Shown: positions 54,990-64,000 of the stretch, piece by piece
How the letters are laid out: every line of letters begins with the position of its first letter
Numbering within the stretch: position 1 is the stretch's first letter
Source of the DNA: Octopus vulgaris
Lineage: Eukaryota
Reading direction: 5' to 3'
Assembly (NCBI GenBank): GCA_951406725.2
Contig: OX597824.1
Coordinates: 48,856,001-48,920,000, forward strand
DNA: 64,000 nt
The notes under the pieces: generated by a model
Databases searched by the model: none
The model's input: only the letters and a program-made list of their open reading frames with translations
Told to the model about the DNA's origin: nothing
Made by a program: the position numbers and the translations under genes

Positions 54990-55913
54990 GCATGTACACA
55001 TATAGGTACAGTCACACATTGACATGTAGTAACATATTCACGTACACACAAATGAACGTGTGCAAACACATAAAGATCCTCATACACCACACTTTACATG
55101 TACATGTGTACGTAACAACACGCGCGCATACACACACACATGCACACGTACACATACAAATACATATACTATCAGAGTTATACGCATACTGGTACATACT
55201 CAGATGCAAACACATATATGCTCAAATAGATTCTTATACAAAATGGCTCCTCTCTTTTAGTATTTTTTACGCTAAAAGTCTTTTCTCCATTTCGCTCAAG
55301 ATTTATGATATATTTCACTAAAATGTCTCCATTTCTTTATTCATTTTTATTTCGCGAGTACAAAGGCCAGTTTTTGAAATATCATCTGCTTCAACCTTAT
55401 CTACCACCTTCGGAAAATGCATCCATTTTCTCTCATGTTTTGCGTGTCATCGTCGTCGTAGTCGTCGTTATTGCTTTTGTTGTTCTCTCTGTCGATGTTA
55501 TCGTTGCTGTCGTTTAGATCCTTGTTAATATGATCGAGCAGACACTTAAAGACATTCTAACCAAGACCATCCGAGAGTATATCTAAACCTTCCCGTTTTC
55601 AAGACAGTAAAGTGAAATGGGAGAGAGATTTGCCTGCTATATCTAGCAGAAAAAAGGAAGTCGCTGACATATCTCGATTGCAATGTCTTTAAAAAAATAT
55701 ATTAAATGAATTTATCCTACGATTTCTAACTATGATAAGGAAAACCTTAATACGAAGGGTGCAAGCTAATACAGAGAAACCCACTTTGGGAACAAGTCCA
55801 GTGAGTCTAGCACAGTACATTGTTGTTAACTTCGATGGAATTTGAACTGAAATGTGTGTATTGCTCCATACATGCATACAGACAGGTACTGAAGGAGTAT
55901 ATATGTGTGCGTT

Positions 55914-55984
<71 letters not shown>

Positions 55985-56261
55985 CTTTTATCTTATAGGT
56001 GAAGGAATCGACCCTACACTACTGATTTTAAAAAAATCTGGCACTTATTCTATCGTATTCTTTTGCTGGAGTTACAGGAACATAAACACAACACCAGTTG
56101 TCAAGTGGTGGTGGCGGGAAGAAACACACACACAATAGTAGACAACACTTGCCCACGCAGTGGGACTGAAACCAGAATCATGAGGTTGGAAAGTTAACTT
56201 CTTTCCACAGGGCCACGCCTGCACCTATATGTAGCAACCATACATATACATATACATACAT

Positions 56262-56297
<36 letters not shown>

Positions 56298-56298
<1 letters not shown>

Positions 56299-56685
56299 GT
56301 TAAAAGATGAAAAGAAAATGGAGATAAGGAAGTTAATAATTATCTATTATCAAAAAATTGCCCATTTTCGCTTCTTACAGCCGTTTCAATTAATACTCAA
56401 TAATTTAATTACAAATTTTTACATTAAATTTGCATTTATGTGACATGAGTATAATTTCAGCAGTCTGCTGAAATGAGTTGATAGGTCCGCATATAGCATC
56501 TCAAAGTACATATATTTTTTCCTCTGATGAAATTATGCTCGTGTCACATAAATGCAAATTTAATGAACAAATTTTTAATTAAATTATTCAGTATTAATTG
56601 AAACAGCTGTGAGAAGCGAAGATGACCAATTTGTTAATAATATCTGTTAACTTCGTTATCTCCACTTTCTTTTCTTCTTTTAACT
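56298..56685. mobile_element. Fold-back element: about 165-bp diverged inverted arms with hammerhead-like motif
   Basis: Arms 56298-56463 and 56524-56685. Confidence 0.85.
56519..56616 (+). ncRNA. Hammerhead-like motif with about 70-nt stem II region (mirror copy at about 56371-56463, minus strand)
   Basis: TTCCT-CTGATGA-AATTA...TAATT-GAAAC-AGCT-GT(G; A in the mirror arm)-AGAAG. Confidence 0.6.
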
Positions 56686-56850
56686 GGATATAAGCTATAT
56701 CCTCAATACATACCTATTGTTTTAAGGGAATTTCATTCCCCAAGAATACTAGGTATTGAACCAGTATTTCTTTGGATGCAACCATCCCTTCATGAGGTTA
56801 ACATATCCTCTAATTAAATTTATGTGTGTGTGTGTACACATATCTATCTA

Positions 56851-56950
<100 letters not shown>

Positions 56951-56954
56951 AAGA

Positions 56955-57764
<810 letters not shown>

Positions 57765-57780
57765 TAGATATATATATATA

Positions 57781-58600
57781 TATTGGGTTGGCAACTAAGT
57801 TCCCGCCGTTTTTTTTAATTTGGGGATGTATTTTGTTTTATTTCTAGTTAATTTTAGTTAATTTTTGTTTATTTTCAAATCATTAAAATGGAATGTCAAG
57901 TTAAGAAAAACGAGCATTTTCGACACCTTTTACTTTTAATCAAGATTCTAAGGCCGCAAAAGCTGCCCGCGACATCTGTGCTGTGTATGGAGAGGGTGCC
58001 ATAGCTGAAAGAACCGCTCGTGATTGGTATCCCAAGTTCAAAAATAGAAATTTTGATCTCAAAGACGCACCTCGTTCTTGCCGTCCAGTTGAGTTCGATG
58101 AAGAGCGATTAAACCAACTTTTGCACGAAAATTCTCGTCAAGCGACAAGAGAACTGGCAGAGAAAATGGAATGCTTCCATACTGCTATAGAGAAGCATCT
58201 TCACTCGATGGGAAAGGTTCAGAAGTATGGAGCATGGCTTGCGCATGCTTTAAGTGACAACTACTAAAATCAACTCATAGACACAAGCAACGATTTCTTT
58301 ATCGAATCGTTACTGGCGACGAAAAATGGTGGAATGGCTTAGCCCCGGTAAGCAAGCGACACCGCGCGTGAAACAAGATCTTCATCCACGTAAAACGATG
58401 TTGTGCGTATGGTGGGAGTGGAGTGGGTAGGGGTTATCCGCTACGAATTGCTTGAACGGAACCAAACGGTCAACGCGGAGAACCATGTTCAACAGATGGA
58501 ACGACTCAACACGGCTATTCAAGAGAAAAGACCTAATCGGCAGCATGGAGTTGTGCTGCACGACAGCGCCCTCCACATATCGCCAATATGAGAAAAATGC
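57781..58600 (+). mobile_element. 3'-truncated degraded mariner element
   Basis: Left TIR TATTGGGTTGGCAACTAAGTT. ATG at 57888: MECQVKKNEHFRH, ICAVYGEGAIAERTARDW, WLAHAL (WVPHEL-like), RIVTGDEKW, KTMLCVWW, LHDSA. Confidence 0.92.
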
Positions 58601-59194
58601 ACGTGCAGTTTGCGCAAAAAAAGCCGGCTGGCTTGAAATAATACCACAAAATGCAGTATATCTAAGAGTCCAAAACAGTAAGATGCAAAAGAGATATTTT
58701 CTTCAAACTTGGCATGAAGGAAGGAAAGACTATTTGGTTTCTCAAGAAGTTCTTTTTTCCTTAACTTCGTTTAACAAAACCAAAACTTTTATTGAAATAA
58801 AGACATGCTTAAGGCTGCGCTCCATTAGCTTTCCCTTGCCATTGCACATCCCGTGAAGTTAGCTTAAAATTAGTTACTTAGTTCCCTAGGTTGTTACTTT
58901 TCATCAAAAATCGCCCCAAGTTGATTTCCTACATGTTTTATCGAATAAACTTATTATTGCCCCAGGTATGTTCTCATAAATTCATCGTGCTTTTCCATCT
59001 AGATTTACCTCCAGCTAACCCATTTGCATGCATCGTTTTTGTCCTGCTTTTCTTCCGTCAACCTGTACATAACTGCACCTTCCTTTTTTGTTGTTTTTGT
59101 ACTGCCAAGAAAATTTGTTTTTGTACTGCCAAGAAAATTTGGTTTAAATGTTTGACAACTCAGCACCGTCCATTGGACGGGGGGCGTTTTGCTC

Positions 59195-59257
<63 letters not shown>

Positions 59258-59296
59258 TGTTTGTGTGTGTGTATGTGTGTGTGTGTGTGTGTGTAT

Positions 59297-59695
59297 AGGC
59301 GCAGGGGTAGTTGTGTAAAAAGTTTGCTTCCCCACCACATGGTTTCAGTTTCAGGTTCAGTTCCACTGCATGGTACCTTGGGTGAATGGATTTAATAGAC
59401 GGAAACTGAAAGGAGCTCACCGTGTGTATGTATATATGTGTATGTATGTGTGTATGTGTGTGTGGGGAGTGCAGGTGTATTCGTCTTGGTATCTGTGTTT
59501 GTCTTCCACCTCCGTTTCACAACTGGTGTTGGTGTATTTATGTCCCCGTAACTTAGCTGTTTGTCAAAATAGACCGATAAAATAAGAATCAGGTTTTAAA
59601 AATCAAATACTGGAGTCGGTTCGTTCGACTAAAATTCTTCAAGACAGAGTCCCAGCATGGCCGCAGTTTAGTGATTAAAACCTATAAAAGATAAA

Positions 59696-59700
<5 letters not shown>
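59297..59700 (+). mobile_element. Full-length CORE-like SINE with internal TG-rich microsatellite
   Basis: tRNA-like head GGCGCAGG..GGTTCAGTTCCACTG, GGTACCTTGGG, GACGGAAACTGAAAG, and tail CCCAGCATGGCCGCAG..AAAC..AAAAGATAAAAGA. Confidence 0.85.
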
Positions 59701-59731
<31 letters not shown>

Positions 59732-60729
59732 CTATGCATACAGTCACGTGCGCGGACATACACACACCCACCGCCACTCACACACACATATAAACCGGAT
59801 TAAATAAGATCTAATAGATTACGAGCTTTAATTCCCACCAAAGAAGTTTATCGACAGATCTATTAACGTCAACGTAGTTGATAATGTACCAAAATCTTCT
59901 CATAGGAATGGGGGTCATTTGTGACGCAAAGAAAGAATAAAGTGTATTGCTAAATCCTCCGAGTTTCTCTCACTTGAAGTCCATCGGTAACCGAATATGG
60001 GTGACAGAAAGAAGCCTTACAACAACTAACTTTAAAATAATTTCTTTTTCTGTAATACCTGTTTGGGGAGGGGGCAGTGAGAGCGAGAGATAGAGCGAAA
60101 TAAATGAAGTGATAAATGGAAAGAGAAATAAAAGGAGAAAAAGAAAGACACTGCGTTTTCTTAATCCTTCTAGTGATTTTTGTCATATGTCTTCATGAGA
60201 TAGCAACATATACGAATTTCTACAGCTGCATATATGTATGTTTGTGTGTATATTTGTATGAGTGCACCATATGCTTGTATGTGTGTATGCGTGAATGTGT
60301 TTCGTTCTTTAAGCATGTATTTCTAAGAGTGCTTGCGATTTTCTAGGAATCTTTGTGTCTACGCGCGCACACAGCTGACACTGTACGCACACTTATGCAC
60401 GCGCACACGTGTATGTGAGTACACACATACACACACACACATATATATATACATGTATATAAATGTATATAAATATGCATATGTGTACAGTGTGTGCGTA
60501 CGTGCACACTTATTCTTTTGCTTTATATTTTCCTTTCTTGATTCCAGTCAACCGGCGGCGGCCATGCTGGGGCATCGCTTTCTGAATTATTTAATCGATC
60601 ACAACGACCCGAGTACTTATTTCATTTTGGTACTGATTGCTAGTTATCGAACCATTATGCTGCAATTTGACATACCTAACGCGTTTCACAGCAGTAAACA
60701 TAAATACAGCTGCTGACATAGAAACCCGC

Positions 60730-60799
<70 letters not shown>

Positions 60800-61254
60800 T
60801 TTTATAATGCCCGTTTTATGTAGATGATACTAACATCCATTCTTCCCCCAGCCATAAATCATCCATAGGCAACCTGGACACCACACATCTAACTTGCGCT
60901 AATTCCACGAACAGAGACCCCGAAAGCATCAACAGTCATATTTAAATCATGTCTCTTCAATGACAAAAACAAAATATACAAACACAACCCACATCAAGAA
61001 AACGTCATTGTATCCCCTTAAACATGAGTAGCACGCAACTAGTGTTCCTTGATCGGAGAGAATAGTTAGATCCCTAGTGAGGGTAAATGGATGCTAATCA
61101 TGGATTTACCTAAGAAATACCCGACCTCACTAGATCTAAATGAATTTATTTGGACCTCTGCTCCCTCTCAGGACATAAGGAACCACAACAATTATCATTG
61201 ATGAGGAACTTTTATTTCACTTTTACAGATGTTTAACCTATCTCTATCTATCTA

Positions 61255-61336
61255 TCTCCGCTGACGGAATACTCAGCATATGGAGTCCTCGCATGGCACG
61301 ATGTTCCAATAGCTGAGATATCCCAGAAACAGTTAT
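61255..61336 (+). ncRNA. Degenerate hammerhead-like motif related to 53973-54024
   Basis: TCT-CCGCTGA-CGGAATACTCAGC...GCTGAGATATCC-CA-GAAAC-AGTT-ATC. Confidence 0.45.
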
Positions 61337-61419
61337 CTTTGCCTTTCATTATATAGACTTTGCCTTTCATTATATAGACTTTGCCTTTCATTATATAGAC
61401 TTTGCCTTTCATTATATAG
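61337..61419. repeat. 21-bp tandem repeat x4 (CTTTGCCTTTCATTATATAGA)
   Basis: Copies start at 61337, 61358, 61379 and 61400. Confidence 0.95.
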
Positions 61420-61481
61420 CTAAATTAAATTAAATGTCCTTATCAAATCTTGCTAAATTGTTTGCCTCTCCTTTCTATTTC

Positions 61482-61541
<60 letters not shown>

Positions 61542-61724
61542 TACATACATAAACACACACGCACACACACACATGATAAAAATGGTAAGACAACAAAAGA
61601 ATGAAAGAGACCTCGATATTATGTAAATAGAGGAATTTACATGCCGAGGTGGATTTCCACCTCGGTACCCGAAACTCGGAGTTTTATCATGGCTACTGAA
61701 TAATTGTCACATATTCCATTTACA

Positions 61725-61790
<66 letters not shown>

Positions 61791-61861
61791 CATGTGTGTA
61801 AGTCATTTAAGAGTCCATAAGTCATGAAAAAATGCACTCGTATATCTGTCAATAGAGATGG

Positions 61862-62121
61862 TATATTATCCGAAGTGTACAGTATTATACATACATAACG
61901 GCCAAGCTTATCAATCGGTTTCGCACTAGAGATTCAGCGGAGTTTTAAGTAACAATTCGATTATGTAACCCTGCGCTCATCAGAGGTAGCCGTTATGAAA
62001 TTAAATATGGCGACTCGCATGATCGGTTTGTTACTTTACACTTCGTTCAATCCCTGGCGCGAAACCGATTAGTTAGATTGACGGCGATGGATATATAAAG
62101 CTGTACACTTCGGATAATATA
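61862..62121. mobile_element. Fold-back element with perfect 21-bp termini and a minus-strand hammerhead-like motif
   Basis: TATATTATCCGAAGTGTACAG / CTGTACACTTCGGATAATATA, with imperfect inner arms. Minus strand reads TACCT-CTGATGA-GCGC...GTGC-GAAAC-CGATT (61988 to 61913). Confidence 0.75.
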
Positions 62122-62179
62122 TATATATATATTATACGTAAATATAAGAGAGTAACCACTATGTGGTCGACTCTAGCAC

Positions 62180-62603
62180 TAAAAATAGATCCGCTAGGTT
62201 TCAGCCACGAAGAATTGTTTCCGATGAAAGTTAGCACGACTACTAGCGGAAACGAACAGGGCAAATAAAAATAACAAAAATGCAGATTAGTTCAGGACAA
62301 TTGTTTCGCTATTAATAAATTATGTAATTTTACTCACATAACATATCTGTAGCTCCTCAGCTGAACCCGTCCAGAATACAAATTACTCAACCGCAAGCCC
62401 GATTTTACCATAACGATAAACACACGTGCGGTTCAGTCGATTGCATTCGCTGTTATAATTCAAGTGCCCCCGCCACAGCCCGCCAAAATTCACGGAAACA
62501 GATACTACATCAAAAATTTTGCCCTGTTCGTTTACGCTAGTAGTCGTGCTAACTTTCATCGGAAAAAATTCTTCGTGGCTGAAACCTAGCGGATCTATTT
62601 TTA
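62180..62603. mobile_element. Inverted-repeat element with about 86-bp near-identical arms containing CCGATGA...GAAAC
   Basis: Arms 62180-62265 and 62518-62603; TGTTT-CCGATGA-AA-GTTAG/CTAGC-G-GAAAC. Confidence 0.8.
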
Positions 62604-63313
62604 TGCATGTATGTATGTAGGTAGGTAGGTAGGTAGGTCGGTAGGTAGGTAGGTAAGTAGGTAGGTATGTAGGCAGGCAGGCAGGCAGGCAGGCAGGCAG
62701 ACAGGCAGACAAGCAGGCAAGTAGGCAGGCTGGTAAGTAGGTAGGTAGGTAGGTAGGTAGGTAGGTAGGTAGGTAGGTAGGTAGGTAGGTAGGTAGGTAG
62801 ATAAGTAGATGCTTCTACCCCAACGCTTGACGAGTGGTGTTGGTTTATTTACGTCTCCTTAAGTTAGCGGTTTGGCAAAAAAAAACTGAAGTAAAAAGTA
62901 CCAGACTTAAAATAGAAATATTAATGTCAACTTACTCGACTAATACACTTTAGGCGGTGCCCCAGCATGACCGCCATCCAACGATTGAAACTAATAATAG
63001 ATATACACATATATATTTGGTATGTCTATTTATCAATGCTTGGAACAATACAGAAAGCAGTGTAGTTTATATTTTTATCAACATTAAGTCAAGGGACTAG
63101 AGTTTTCTAACTGTTGTCGCGAAACTTTGGGCCCTTGAGTTACTGTAGCATCTCCACACAAACAAACACAGACACATACACACTCACGCACACATATCAA
63201 TATGTAGTGTGTGTGTGTATATGTGTGTGTATGTGTGTGTGTGTATGTGTGTGTGTGTGTATTTATTCATGTGCATATATGTTTCGGCTGTGCTGGTTGC
63301 ATACGTCTGCATA

Positions 63314-63344
<31 letters not shown>

Positions 63345-63345
63345 C

Positions 63346-63391
<46 letters not shown>

Positions 63392-63806
63392 TGTGTCTGT
63401 GGGTATATGTCTAAATATATTTTTATAACATTGTGTATTTCTATACATAGATAATTAGCAGTCTGCCTTAGCCAAAATAAAATGCAGAGCCATTGATGTG
63501 TCTGAATACAGCATTGTTTCACGGCGGAGAAATAGATACGTGCAACTGGTGCAGAGTAATTATATTAATGGTATTTATAATAGTATCAAATGTATTGGTG
63601 AAGTTTGTTAATTTAAGAATGTAAGCCTCGTAGTAGTTACGTCAAATCATCCTGTCCGGGTTACAGTTCTCTCCAATAGTATCAACTGCATTGATTTGTC
63701 TGAATCACAATGTCAGCAATGAAAATTTAACCGCATTTTCTTTTCTTTTTTTTTTCTGTTGCTAACATGAGAATATAAATGGATGAGCAGATCAGATTGT
63801 GTATAG

Positions 63807-64000
63807 CAGTGGTTCTCAACCATTTTTCATCTATGGACCTCTATGATTCCAATGTTATTCTACTAGACCCTCATAGGCATTCGATATTTAAAAAAGTGCC
63901 ATTATATTTTTATAATGAAATATTATTAGGAATTGGATTAAAAAATATATTGCACATAAATTTAAACTGCAAATGTCTTATGTGGCACTCCAGGGGCCAT
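63807..64000 (+). mobile_element. Probable hAT (Charlie-like) non-autonomous element, running off the window
   Basis: Begins CAGTGGTTCTCAACC, a typical hAT/Charlie terminal sequence. The partner TIR is not in the window. Confidence 0.55.

Noticed and set aside
60810-61200. Possible very old RT fragment (YVDD-like at about 60817)
   Set aside because: Too degraded to support with additional motifs.
61337-61419. CRISPR-like array
   Set aside because: Contiguous tandem units with no spacers, in a eukaryotic context.

Overview
AT-rich, microsatellite-dense eukaryotic DNA made almost entirely of transposon relics. The SINE types and repeat landscape suggest a cephalopod (octopus) intergenic or intronic region, which is an inference. 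No host protein-coding gene can be supported; there is only one weak candidate exon at 26314-26358. Contents: (1) one LINE with an intact 1005-aa APE+RT ORF2 and a CCCH-finger ORF1 remnant; (2) a 16-kb nest of eight R4/Dong-like RLE retrotransposon pieces, most associated with (TAA)n; (3) RTE, CRE-like and Penelope (GIY-YIG) fragments; (4) a full-length Tc1-like element with DD36E spacing, two mariner relics and a hAT-type end; (5) many modular tRNA-derived SINEs. The most striking unexplained signal is a recurring class of short non-coding elements, about nine loci of mostly unrelated sequence, carrying minimal type-I hammerhead-ribozyme motifs, most of them inside long fold-back inverted repeats. 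One is a 357-bp tandem monomer that folds into a rod with the hammerhead at its tip (retrozyme or Penelope pseudo-LTR-like). Also seen: a degenerate HDV-like fold at a Dong 5' end, SINE/LINE 3' tails with covarying stems, and a triple C2H2 zinc-finger tail on an RTE LINE. All alignments and folds were done by eye.
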